Part shown: one piece after another, positions 1-14,160 of the stretch
How the letters are laid out: each line of letters begins with the position of its first letter
Position numbering within the stretch: position 1 is the stretch's first letter
NCBI RefSeq assembly: GCF_009914755.1
Contig: NC_060929.1
Direction: 5' to 3' (one strand)
Source of the DNA: the human T2T-CHM13v2.0 reference genome, Homo sapiens
DNA length: 64,000 nucleotides
Program-made: the position numbers and the translations under genes
Notes under the pieces: model-generated
Told to the model about the DNA's origin: nothing
The model's database searches: none
Seen by the model: the letters and a program-made list of their open reading frames with translations, nothing else

Positions 1-295
1 TAACCATCCTGTCCAAATTTCAGGAAATTCCCTGATTCCTTCCCAACAGTTCCAGATGCTCCAGAGCCTCCGACTCATCGCTCCCTGTGCTGGCATTTTC
101 CTGCCTGGCTCCGGCCCCTTCCCGCCTGTCAAACACATGAAACCAATGGGCCCTTCAAAGGGTAGCTCCAAATCCCTCCCCAGCGTGCAGGTGTGCCAGT
201 GAGGAAGAAGTGTGGGCGTGGGTGTGAACTCTTGTGCACCTGAGCATGAGTGTAGAGGTACCAGCATCTGTGCAAATGGATGCCTTTGATAAAGG

Positions 296-296
<1 letters not shown>

Positions 297-333
<37 letters not shown>
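297..333. repeat. (TG)n microsatellite, about 18 units
   Basis: Direct reading. Confidence 0.95.
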
Positions 334-335
<2 letters not shown>

Positions 336-2304
336 TGAAATGATGTGCACATCCTAAGTATTCTGGGGTGTAGGTCTCCTGTCTAAGTGTCTTAACAGAT
401 TCATCTGGAATTTGAAGCAACTGTTTTCTCATTGATAAGGAGCTGACAAAGAAATGAAACAAAAGGCCTGGATGAATAAACAGTCTTCTGGATAGAGAAG
501 TGGAAGATGTGAGCTCAGGCAAGAATTGGAGCTAATCTTTTTTAACATTTAAATAAAAGATCTGGAAGAGGATGTGTATAGTGAAATCACCAAGTTTGCA
601 GTTAAATCGAAACTCTCCTGGGTGGTAGTAAAATGCCAGACTGGTGAGGGATGAGCTTTAGGAAGATCTTATCTAGAAAGGCAGTGAGCTGGACAGAGAA
701 TGGCCAGCAGGCTTTAGTTTGGGGAGAATGATATGGACGAAGTCTGGGGGAAGGCAGCTTTCCTAAGGCAGGGCCCAGGAGGGCAACAGCAGGCTGGACA
801 TGATGCGAAGGGGAGATTGCAGCAAGCCATAGATGTTCTTCTCCCAACAGGTGAGTGAGGGATGCCAGTACCCAACCATCCAGCATGCTTGTGGTCACGC
901 CTCCTCAGGGGAGCCCAGCCCGAGATGGGGCAGAACTGGATTGTATTACAGACTTATATGATCTGCATAATTCATTTCCCTCAATTTGCACATCTGTGAA
1001 ATGGAAGTAGCGATCCCTGGGGGCCTGCTCCACAGGGGAGCGACAGCAGCTGAGATCTCACAGAGACGACAGTGTGTAGGCACCTGTAAAGTTCAGTGCC
1101 ACCGTGAGTGGTTATGGAAAGAGTTGCGATGAGAAGGGAGCTGCCATAGAAAATCAGACTGGCCCACCTGGGACAGCCTCAATCAGAGAGAGGCCAAGAG
1201 GGAGTGTGGCAGAGATCTAGGAAATCAGAAAGGGCTCGGAGAAGGGAGCTTGGGCTCCTTCACTATGCCCCAGCCTGACAGAGCGAACCGCTCCCCCAGC
1301 CCCCAGCAAAGCTCAGGAGAGGTATGTTTAAAACCAATCACAGGAAATCCTGCTGCACTCAGCAGGGAATAAACTTTGAAAATCATTTCCCCTAGAGGTG
1401 ATACAGGCTGGAAATATAAATTGCTTCCAGAAAGGTTTAGATAAGTTCATGGATGGCAGAGCCAAACTAGTTCTTGGGCAAAATTAGAACGTTAGGAGGC
1501 ATCTTCCTCTCTGATGTCAGAGGAAGTCCCTGCCAGAGCCAGCGCACAGGCCAGACGGAACAACCTGATACCCCGTCTCTGTGTATGTGTGAGTCTGCAT
1601 TTAGGAACAACTTGTCCCTGTCTGACGAGGGTGCCTTCCCTCTCACCAGACTCACTGTGCCGTGAAATTGCCTTTCCTCCCTCCCCAGTCCCTCACCCCC
1701 ATTGCTGCTCCCATAGCCCCTTTAAACTCCATGCTGTGGAGTTCCCCAGCCCCACTCCCATACCTCACTCTCACAGTGCCAACTTCTGTCTCCAGCTTGC
1801 CCCTGCCATCTCATCTGCCATCACAGAGCAGCCACCCCTCCCTCTGTGTACTGTCTTCTAGCACAGGCACCTTGCCTGGCAGTGCCCATGAGCCGGTGAG
1901 GACAGGAGCCTCTTGCCAGGCCCTCCAGTGAATGCTGTTGGCTTGCAGCCTCTCTCTCCGGCTGACTTCCCAGAGCCCTACTCTGCCTGGCTGCTTCTCC
2001 CAGGGTCCCTAGCAGAGGCCGGCTGAATAGGAGCTGACGTATGAGCCCTTCAGGGACCCACACCCTGGAGAACTTGGGTACCCGAGGCCAGATGGATATC
2101 CACACCAGGGACAGGGTCACCATCAGGAAATAGGCACGCTTGGGTGTGTGCCAGGTTATCTGATGCGTGCAGAAGGTCTTCAGGGAATGGGATTAGCAAG
2201 GGAGGCAAGGTTATGGAGTATGCTTTCCCGCCGCTGTTCCTAAGATGCCTTGGGCCCTTTCCAAGCTGCCATGGATGGGCTGTGTAGCTAGCTGGGAACT
2301 CTGT

Positions 2305-2436
2305 TTTAGCACCACAGATAGCGGTCCTGGACATGGCACACTTTCAGCACCGTGGACAGCCCCAGGCGCTCCACAGATAGCGGTCCTGGACGTGGCACGC
2401 TTTCAGCACCGTGGACAGCCCCAGGCGCTCCACAGA
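2305..2436 (+). promoter_or_regulatory. Tandem RE1/NRSE (REST) sites within a 59-bp duplication
   Basis: TTCAGCACCGTGGACAGCCCC at 2343-2363 and 2402-2422, and TTTAGCACCACAGATAGCGGT at 2305-2325, versus consensus TTCAGCACCnnGGACAGCGCC. Confidence 0.8.
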
Positions 2437-3029
2437 GGCTGTCCCTCTGCGGACTCGGCTTCCTAACCTCCGGACTCTGCTTCCTAACCCCACCACCACC
2501 TCTAGAGACCTCTAGAGAATTCATTTATCCATCCGCAGAAATTAATTGAGCACATATACATCCAGTCACTGTTGTGCAAGAGTACACTACTGAACGGAAT
2601 AGTCAAAAACTTGCCCTTTGGAGCCTCCATTCTTTGTGGTGGGGACTCCCACCCCATAGGCTTCCGTTGAAATTCCCGGAACTCGTTCCAGGCAAAGTGG
2701 CCCTGCAGGTCATGAAGTGTGAACAATTTATTATTTCTTGCAAACCTGATTCTACTGCTTAACTCTGGGGGGAAGGAGCTGGAGAGGTGGGAAGTAGGGA
2801 TTGGTGAGGCCTAATTCAGATGGTATTTTAGGATTTTAGGAAGCCACTCCCCTGCTAAAAAGCCTGTGATGGTTCCCCAATGCCTATAGAAATAAATAGT
2901 AGTTCCCCAACCTGTCATTCAAGTCCCATGGTAAAATGTTCCTGATCTGTCTTCCCAGTCTTGTCTTCTTACCTCTCCTCATGTTTCCTTCACTCCAGCC
3001 AAACTGGATTCTCAGTTAACAATCTTTTG

Positions 3030-3560
3030 GTTGCAGTATGAAAGAAAACTCGACTCACACAGACTTAAACACATTTACTAAGTGGATGTTATTGACTTGC
3101 AACTGAAAATCCCAAAGGTACAGCTGACTTCAGGCAAAGCCTGATGCGCTGGCTCAGACAACAGCACTCTGGAGCTACCCTGCTCGCTGTTCTGCTCTGT
3201 CTTCCCTGGTGTTGGCCATATCCTCGGCTTCCCCAGGGCATCCCCTAACATCTCTACACTCTCCCTGTCTTGGTACTGGGATGACTGCAGCAGCACAGCC
3301 CTCACATCCTCACCCCACACCTTCCAGGGGAAAGATGCCTCCTCTCTTGAAAAGCCCTGGGGAATGTCTCCTGGGACCTCAGTGGCTGGCCCACATGCCC
3401 ATCTCAAACCAATCACCAGAGCCAGGGCAGGAGATAGCATTGGTTTAAGCCAATCAGGGTCCATCCCTGAAGCTGGTAGGGGTCATTTCCACTCAAACCA
3501 CATAGCTTACTATGGAACAAGAGTGGATCTCCAAAGAAAATGGGGCTGTTACTTTGGGAA
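3030..3560. mobile_element. Probable MaLR (MLT1-type) LTR remnant
   Basis: Resembles MLT1 text (cagctgacttcaggc; attggtttaagccaatcaggg); recognised from memory only. Confidence 0.45.
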
Positions 3561-4378
3561 AAGAGGAGCTGGAGCTGGGAAAGCAGTCAGCAGGTGTCCA
3601 GTCATGGAGTGTGTTCTCCTGCCTCTGTGCGTTTGCACCTGCAGGTCTCTGCCTGACCTGCCCTCTCCTATCATCCCAGCTACTGATGCCCTGTGCCACC
3701 TTCCAGGCCCCTCTCAAAGGCGACTGCCTCCCTTACCCCACTCCTGTCACTTCCATCATGTCCACCTTCTCTGACCCCTCACAGCACCTAGCACATGCTC
3801 TTTGTCCTGAGGGGATACTGAAGGGGATAAGTGGATTAGCTGGGAGCAGGTAGGGGGGCCAAGGCCACTCAGCCATGAGCACATCGGAAGAAGATGAACT
3901 GAAAGCCAGGAAACCTAGAGCTCTGTGGCAGCAAGGTCCCTGATCCGCAGGCAGTGAGGAGAGTGGACATGCCTCCCAGGGCCCATGTGCAGGAGCCTGG
4001 TGATGGATGGCTGCTGTCACGTTGGCTTCGTGGGGTGGGATATCAGCATCGTTGAGCCCAGGCAGGCCAGGAGGGCCGCTGTCTGGACAGTCTCAGGCTG
4101 TCCCTGGTGCCCAGGTCACATGGCCTAGGCTGTCTCCTGCCCTCACTCCTAGTAAAGGGTTGGACTTCCCTGGTTTGTGGGTAAGATCCTTGCCCCTGAA
4201 ACTGCCCTGGCAGGGCCCGTGGCAGGAAGGCTGAGGATGTGCAGGGAGTGGGTGATCTGGCCTGAGTGGAGGCGCTCTGGGGAGGGCCTGGGGGTCCTGG
4301 GACAGCAGATACCGCAAGCGAAGACAGAAGCAAGCAGCACCTGGACTCCTTTCCCACTGTGGCTTCACGGCCACTTCC

Positions 4379-4727
4379 TTTTTTTTTTTTTTTTTTTTTT
4401 TTTTCTTGACAGAGTCTCACTCTGTCGCCCAGGCTGGAATGCAGTGGTAAGATCTCAGCTCACTGCAGCCTCCACCTCCTGGGTTCAGGCAATTCTGCTG
4501 CCTCAGCCTTGCTTGTGGTCCAGGCTTGTGGTCTACTGCCTCAGCCTCCTGAGTAGCTGGGACTACAGGTGCGCACGCCACCACGCCCTGCTAATTTTTG
4601 TATTTTTAGTAGAGATGGAATTTCACCATGTTGGCCAGGCTAGTCTTGAACTCCTGACCTCAAGCAGTCAGCGCACCTCGGCCTCCCAAAGTGCTGGGAT
4701 TACAGGCGTGAGCCACCGCGCCTGGCC
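4379..4727 (-). mobile_element. Alu (S-like) with internal insertion
   Basis: Poly-T head then reverse-complement Alu ending gagccaccgcgcctggcc. Confidence 0.93.
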
Positions 4728-6069
4728 TCTTCATTAAAGTGTGAACCTTCTTCACGCCTTGCTGGCGTTGGCCCAGGTTGTGGGGACTAGGACGTGGTTG
4801 GGGAGAGCAGGGGCTTGTAAGGAACCCGCTGGGCCTGAGGGAGAGGAGACTGGAGCAGAGTGTCAGAGAGAGGAGGGAAGGAACTCCGAGGCATGGGGGC
4901 CCGCTGTGAGGGTGCAGGGACAGGCTGGGCTGTGAGTCGGGGGAGGGGCTGGGCGGCAGAGCCATTATTCATTCCCACCAGCCCGCAGCTTCCTAAATGA
5001 GATAACACTCACATCAGCACTTTTCTCTTTTGTGCTCCTGTTTTAATAACACGTTGGGCTCTGCAAGGGGGTGACCACATCTCTATCTCTTCATCTCTTT
5101 CTGCCTTTGAGAGAACCCTCACCCTGTCTAGGATCCATTGGTCCGGAGCAGAGCTCAGAGTGGCAGAGGGCTCATGTGAGGGCCGGGGACCCTCCCTCTG
5201 CAGATGCACTTCCCAGAGGGAGCAAGTGGGCAGGACAAAAGGGGGCCTCTCCCCCCCTGGCCCAGGCGTCCCTGGTGCCCATCTTCTAACTCCACAACCA
5301 AGAGGACTTACAAAGTCCAGGCCAGCTTCAGAGAAATCTCATTCTGCAGTGGGACAAACGGGACCAGACGACAGGGAGACCTGCCCCCATGAGCCCACGC
5401 TGACAGCCCTGGAAAGGGCTTCTGTGCCACCCTGCCCCGCCTTTGTTATGGGTCCCCCCACAACGCTTGAGCAGCACAGAGAGCTGCTGGCAGTGGGGTG
5501 GCCTGGATGGAGCTTCCATTTGATCCCCAAACTCTGGGTGTCTGGGCAAAGGTTTCCCCACTGGAAAACCATCCACCTCCTTCACCGGAGAAGGGGGATG
5601 AACCACTCCGCGCTGAATGGAGGCAGCGTGACTTGGTCATGCATTGAAAGCTGTGGCAGGCAACGGGAGTGTCAGAAACTGTTCTCATCTCTTCAGCTAA
5701 ACTTGTAAGGTCAGGGGGTCAGGACCACATGGTAATGATCACGAGCTAAAGTTGCAGGGGGCACCAGATGTCTGTTCTAATTTATTTCCTTTGAGCCACA
5801 GAGCTGCTCAGTGACACAGGTGATTGTGGGTGCCGTTTGCAGACAGAGCTGTGCCAGAGTGAGCCAGCCAGAGGTGAAGCGGGGACTCAGACTCAGCTCC
5901 CAGCTTCCAGATCAGAGCTGTGCCCACCACCCCAGAGCTGCACCCAGGGCTGAGCCTAGAAGAGCTGTGAGATGCAGCATAGCAGGGGACTTGGGGCACA
6001 GACTGTGGAACCGGGCTGCCTGGCTGTCCCATGTGCAGCAGTGTGGCTGTGGACATGTTATTGATTGAA

Positions 6070-6185
6070 TGTCTCTGAGCCTCAGTTTGTCACCTGTAAA
6101 ATGAGAATCTTGGTAGCACCTAATTCGTAACGTTGCTGTGAGGATGAAATGAGAAGTTCTCTACAAATGTACATAGCACAAACCA
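6070..6185. mobile_element. MIR fragment
   Basis: ctctgagcctcagtttgtcacctgtaaaatgag...gttgctgtgaggatgaaatgag core. Confidence 0.7.
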
Positions 6186-6344
6186 CAAAGATAAAAGTTC
6201 CTATCAAATTAAACATGTGCTTACCATATGCCCCAGCAATCCCTCTCTCTAGAGAAGTCCCACTCCCAAGAGAAGTAAAGATATATGTCCACCAAAGACC
6301 TGTCTGTGAAAGCTCTTAGCAGATTTACTGAAAATCATCAAAAT

Positions 6345-7445
<1,101 letters not shown>

Positions 7446-7449
7446 AAAA

Positions 7450-7780
<331 letters not shown>

Positions 7781-10700
7781 TCATCAAAATGTGGAAACAG
7801 CCCAGGTGAGGGGACAGATGCTGTGGTGCGTCCACACGGTGGGGCACTGCCCAGCAGGGGAAGGACGCTGCCGTGGGTTCAGGCCACTCAGAGGGACTCT
7901 AAAGTACTGTGTACCGCTAAAGAAGCCAGACACGAAGGACTCCATTCTGCATGATCCCATTGCGGTGACATTCTAGAAATGGCAAAACGCCAGTGACAGA
8001 AAGCAGAAGGGGGTTGGGAGGGGGGATTGGTGCAAAGGGGCTGGCGGGAACTTTAGGGGGTGAAGCTATTCTGTGTCTTGATGCTGGTGGTGGATACATT
8101 TGTCCAAATTCATCAGGCTGTAGATTTAATGGGGATAAACATTATTTTATGCTTTAAGAAAAACCCAGATTTTTGAAAAGCAGAGCCGGGGTGTAGTAAG
8201 TATGGAAGTGCTCGCTGCTCTTATTATTATTAGTGTGACCATTATTATTATCCACGGAAGATTCTCTGGACGGGTGGCTTGTTTGCATCCCTGACCCACC
8301 GGGCTGCGCCCTGGAGCCCCCCTGCTCAGGCTGGCCAAGGAGGGCGCCTCTCCTCCCACTCGGCGGCTGGGCCCAGCCGTGGTGTGTGATGGGCCGTCTT
8401 GCCCAGCCCTGGCCCCTGGCCCCTGGCCCCTGGCGTTCTGACAGACGTGCGGCGCGTGGGGAGGGCTCTCAGCTGCTCCCTGGAGTCTGCTTTCCTCCCG
8501 CTGATCGTGTGAGGCGCTCAGCGACACGTTAGCAAGAAAGATGCCACAAGAAATAAAGTTTGTTATGAATTATTCTACTTGGGGCTAATTATAGGCACAG
8601 AGGAGAGGATTATTTACAGAGACAGGAGGCAGGGGACGGGGAGGACGAGGAGGAGGGGCCCTGAGACATGGAAACGAGTGGAGGGCTGGAGAGAGTTCAG
8701 CAAACGGGGCTTTTTGAATAAAAGCTGTGACTAAACTCAGGTCCATGCTGATTGTAGCGTCTCAGGGGACAGATCAGAGGCCCCAGGCCTTGCCTGATCC
8801 TCAGGACAGAGCTGGAGAGAACACTTGGTCCTGGTATCCCGTGGGCCACCGGGGTTCTCTTGGTGGGTGTGGCACAGCTGAGGAAGCCCCACCGCTGGAG
8901 TCCCAGGGTGGAGGTGGGCCCAGATCTGTGCAGGGCCCAGCCTCACTCTGTTCTCCTGGGCCTTCCCTGTGCCAGGGAAGGAGAGGCCAGGGGAAGTTTA
9001 TGTCCACCCACGGTGTCCCAGCTGAGCGAGAAGGGACACGGGATGATATGAGCTGGCCGTGGGCGCCCACTGCATACAGCAGGTTGGTGAGGGAAGGTCT
9101 GATGGGGACTTAGCCGCACTGTGCCACACCGAAATTCACAGCCCACCGTGGCTCGGAGGAGCATGGGCTGGTGTGACCCTGGCTTCCAATTCTTCAACAG
9201 GAGGTGGGAAACCATTGTTTCTGTGCAACTTCCTAGTCTTTAAATGCTGCCTTAAACCTCCTACATCACACCCAGGGGTCTGTGGACCACAGTTCACAGC
9301 CTCCTATTGTTCCAGTTGGAACAGAGGACTCAGCAGGGCTATGGCCCAATCACTCACCCCGAGACCCCTCTCCACCCTCCAGCACTGCTTGCAGTGGATC
9401 GTGGAAGTCGGTCCTCGGTGCCAGCCACAGACTCCCTGCCCAGTGCTCATGACAGACAGCAGCAGTTCCACACTTGGGTCTGCAGCAGGGTGGGTTGGTG
9501 GCTCGCAGCTTGCCGGAAAAGCCCCACCTTATCAGAGGGCGGTGGTCTTGCCCTCCCCTGAGAGTGAGCAGTAGGCCAAGGTTTCTCCAGTTATTTCTGC
9601 CTGGCTGCACCGCCATCTACTCACGCAACCAGGCAGGAAATGACAGAGGCATCTTCTGCTCCCGCCCTGCCTCCCTCCCCGCCAGGAGAGTCACCCTCCA
9701 TGCCCTGCCCCGGGGATGTTTTTCATAGCCGTTCCCCCTCTCCAGCAGCCTGTTCCAGGTCAGGCAGCTCCCTGTCCTCCTGTGACGATAGCCTCCACCA
9801 GCCCCACGACAGAGCCCTCGCTCCAGAGCTCTCTGACCCCCTCGTCCCTGCTCAAGTCTTCTGCCGCCCCTGCTTCCCCACGCTCAGTGTCCTGGCACGG
9901 ATCCAAAGCCTGTCTAATCCAGCCCGTGCTGCCACCAGATAGGTCCTGCCTCATATGCTTTGCTTATGCTGTTCATCGGCCTGGAATGACCTTCCCTACC
10001 CACCTCCTCTTGGCCCCTGCCCGTTCCCCGAGGCCCTGAGGCAGGGCGTTATGCACTGCACCTGTGCTTGCTGGCTTCCCCTGCTGGACGATGAGTGCCC
10101 CACAGACCCTCTGCAGCCCAGGGCTTGGGGCCTGGCACAGAGCAAGCCTTCCAGAAATGTCTGCATTCCCCCATTCTGAAATCTGTACTGCGGTGAGCCA
10201 GGCCCTGGTCCAGGTGGATGAAACAGACAGCCCCTCTGCTCCTGGAGCTTCCCCTCTAGTTCCAGGCAGATGGACAACAAAGAGACAAGTCCAGAAGGGC
10301 ACCCACCAGGGTCACTAGGCACTACAGTGCAACAGGGCACTATTTAGATGGGGAGACAGAGAGGGCCTCCTCAGGGAGGTGCCATGAGCTGAGATTCAGG
10401 CGATGAGGAGTGTGCTATGGCATCAGAGGGAACAGCATTCTGGGCAGAGGGAACAGTAGATGCAAAGCCCCTGAAGCAGGACTGAGCAGAGCACCGGGAG
10501 AGCCAACAAAGGGCTGGGTGCTGCATGGTGAGTGAAAGGGACAGTGGCCTGTGGCATCTGAAGTGACAGGAGAAAAGGAGGTGGAAGGCCCACATTCAGC
10601 AGGTTTCTGGCCAGGTTGGTGGCCATGCTGTTTGCACAGGGAGCTGGTCATCTGGGGTAGCCACATAGGATGGCTGAGGCGAAATGTTCTGCAGTGGCGA

Positions 10701-12494
10701 GCCTGGAGGTCCTGATGAGGATGGGGGCACTTTCTGCCCTGAGGTCCTCACTGGAGCCTGGCACTCTCCAGGAGAGATGGGAGAGCAGAACAGAGCACAG
10801 AGGAGGGAGGAGCCCTGGAGGCTGAGCCAAAAGGAGCATTGGAACCAGAGACAGAGGGGTCTTTTGGCAAATGGCTAGGCGGAGGTGGAAGCCAGGTTGT
10901 AGGAGGTGGAGCCAGGAATGGGATTAAGGTGGGTGGGGGAAGCTGAGTAGGGAGGGGGAAAGAGAAAAGGGACCCAGACCAGCAGGGACAAGACAGCAAA
11001 GAGTTTAATGAATGGTTTTCTTGTCCATGATGGGGGACAGGTGAGCATCCTTGGAGACCCCTGGGCTATTGAGGCATCTTATACAGCTTGGTGACATCTC
11101 CTCCAGGAAGCCCTCCTGGATGCCCCAGATCGGGCCCCCCAGTTATGTGCTCATGCCACCAGCCCTTGTCTGACTGAACTCTGACTTTGGGCGGTAACCT
11201 TGGACTTACCACTTGGATGATCTCACCAGTATCTGCCTCCCACAAGTGGGCGGGCTCTAGAGAGGGGCCAGGCCTGGTTTCGACCTGCTTGGTGAATCTA
11301 AGCTGCTGCCCAGGACCTGGTCCACAGCCGGTGGTGGGAGAGGCTGAGGACAGCAGGGAGAGCAGCCACAGTCCTGGCGCCGAGGCCCGGAGGGAGCTGG
11401 GGCTGCTGGGTGGTGAATTGGCCCAGAAGGAGGTCATGCCGACCTTGAAGCCAGTCGGCCTGTGGGCTGCTCTGAGAGGCTGGAGCGCATCTCAGCAGGG
11501 GCGGACGTGCTTGGGAGCAGGATGGACGCAGAGCCGCGCACATGCTCTGCCCTCCCAGAGCTTCCACAGGGAGCGCCCCCGTCAAGCCTAGGAGAGAGCA
11601 GCACAGCCCCTTGCCGCCCTCCCATCCCCCTCTCATTCCATTTGTGCCACTCCGATGGGTGCCCCGCTCCCGCCTGGGAGCAGATGAAGGTCTGCCTCAC
11701 CCCCGTTCGTTGAAGTCGGGCGCCGGCTGATTCTCCATGCCCGACGGCTGGAGCCAGGCCCTGGTGGTCTTCGCTGATGAAAGGATGCTTGGATGAAAAT
11801 GCCCCGTTCCCATCCAGCGCGTGACTCTGGGATGGGCATTTGGGAGAGAGACAGGGCTGGCCTCTGGGACTGATGGGAGAGCCGGGCTTGGCGTTGTGCA
11901 CACGCATGTGGTCCGGCTGGCTGACCCCGCCCTCCCTCCAGGGCCTCCCTTCTATGGGGACGCCTCCTGGGAACAGGCTGCCGAGGCGGGGGGGCCCTCA
12001 GCATCCTCTGGCTTTCCTCAATTCATTAAGACCTGTAAATTTTCTCATTAATATACTTAAAGTTCGTTTTAAGGGGAACAAGCGCAGAGATAATTGATAA
12101 TAAACCCTCAGTTAATGCCCTTGGTTTGCTGTATATAATTTATATCCACTGGTAGCCTCTCTCACTCCCAATTACCCGTTTAGCTGCAGCGATAACAGCA
12201 GTTCAATCAGACCGATCCCAACTTTTACATATTCCAGCCCGATAGCCATAAATACCCACACAGAGAGACTCGGGGGGGCCCACAGTATATTTTTATTAAG
12301 ATTTAAATATTCATGCAATTATTAGTGATTTATTAAGAGCCAATGACCCCTTCAAGAGCCCCTAAATCTTCACCCAAAGAGGCCCCTGGCCCTCCCCTCC
12401 CCCCGTGTCCCCCTTCCTCTTTACCCTCCCCCGCCAAAACCAGAGAAATGGGCCTGCCCTTCCACAGCCCAGATGACATGGAAGCAGCGCCTGC

Positions 12495-12508
12495 GTTTCC
12501 ATGGTAAC
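12495..12508. promoter_or_regulatory. RFX X-box motif
   Basis: GTTTCCATGGTAAC fits the palindromic GTTnCCATGGnAAC. Confidence 0.55.
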
Positions 12509-13873
12509 AGCAGGCAGGTGAGGCGGAGGCCCAGGATGGAGGTCAGGCCCAGGGAAGGGCTGGGCTTCTTGAGGGCGGAGGCTCCTGCTGCCTTCCCACA
12601 CCAGACCTGGGGGGGCAAGAGGAAGAGGAGGCATCCAGCAGCCCCTCCAGGCCCCTACTGACCAGCTGACCAGCAGCCCCCACGCTGCGGCCTCCTCCAG
12701 GCTGGTTTCCTAGAGCACCCCTCCCCGCCTCATTTCCACGTTAGCACCACCGCCCCCCGCACCCAGATCCCTCCGCCCCTCAGCCTGGTGTGACATCCTT
12801 TAGGGACCCTTGGGGAGGGGGTACCCCAGCTTCTCTCTCCCCTGCTACCCCAAAGCACAAGAGGGTGTGCAGGGATCTGAGGCCCTGGGACTCAGGGCCC
12901 AGACAGGGCAGCGGCTCATCTGAGGCTGCATAGTGACACTGAGGCCACCCCTCTCTTTCCTCCATGTTCCTCCAAGACCCTAGAGCCCATTAAAGGGGCA
13001 GGAAAGATAATGAACAAATGAGGAAAACATGAAATCAATACCAGGAGAAAAAAGTATGGCTGTCATTAAGTGAAGTAAACAAGCTGGTAATTATTTGGAC
13101 AGTGGGTAATTAAAACGGGGTGAGGGCTCATTCCTGTCTCATCAGGGGTGTGATGGGAGCGGCCAGACACCCTATTCCCAGATGGAAGGTGGCAGCAGGG
13201 CCCAGGCTCCTTCCCGCCCAAATTTGGAATAGGAAGGCTGGTGTCTCAGGGGTCCCCTCTCTGGAGTCCCCCACCTGGACTCGCCTGTGCCGCTGGTTGC
13301 AGGAGGCTTCAGCTGCCTCACCCAGGGGCAGGAGCTGAGGCTCAGACCACGGGCACACAAGATGGGCAGCCGCGGCCTGGGCCCTGCGCGTCTCGGGATT
13401 GCAGCTTCTCCCCTCTCGGCCTCTGGAAGGGACAGTGCCCTCAGGCCTCAGCTGAGAGGACACCTGGTGCTGACAGGTACATCCTGCTACCCGCCCAGGT
13501 ACCTGGGGCAATGGACAGCCGACCTCTCCGCCTCTGTCCAGGCCCAGGGGCCTTCTTTTGGGGGCTCTGATGAGGAGGGTTCCCAGGAATGAGGGGGTGC
13601 TGGCAAGGGCAGGAAGAGCGGGGCAGAGACTGGGAGGGCACAGCAGGGACAGGGCTGGAGTGTGGCGGCAGCGGGGGTTCCCTTGCCTTGCTGTGACCCT
13701 GACTGGTAAAGTCGGAAGAGGCCTTGGACACTGCCCAGTCTGGCTTTGCCCTGCCGACTTGTTTGGCCCACGGAGTGTTTAAAGTGTTTAAATTAGTTGT
13801 CAATATTTTTAAATGGGAGGTTTCACATAAAAATAGATTTCCAGCTTCCCTTGGGGAAAAAAAAATCAGTGCA

Positions 13874-14160
13874 GGCTGGGCGCAGTGGCTCACGCCTGTA
13901 ATCCCAGCACTTTGGGAGGCCAAGGCAGGTGGATCACCTGAGGTCAGGAGTTCAAGACCAGCCTGGCCAACATGGTGAAACCCCGTCTCTACTAAAAATA
14001 CAAAAATTACCTGGGTGTTGTGGCATGCACCCATAATCCCAGCTACTTGGGAGGCTGAGGCAGGAAAATCCCTTCAACCAGGGAAGTGGAGGTTGCAGTG
14101 AGCCAAGATCACGCCATTGCTCTCCAGCCTGGGCAACTGCGTCTCAAAAAATTAAAAAAA
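13874..14160 (+). mobile_element. AluS-like
   Basis: GGCTGGGCGCAGTGGCTCACGCCTGTAATCCC through to the A tail. Confidence 0.93.

Noticed and set aside
4177-4737. Alu-derived ORFs here and at 13441-14034 and 58579-58923
   Set aside because: Typical antisense/sense Alu translations.
8551-8722. AATAAA hexamers in intron 1
   Set aside because: No associated terminal exon identified; expected by chance in AT-rich islands.
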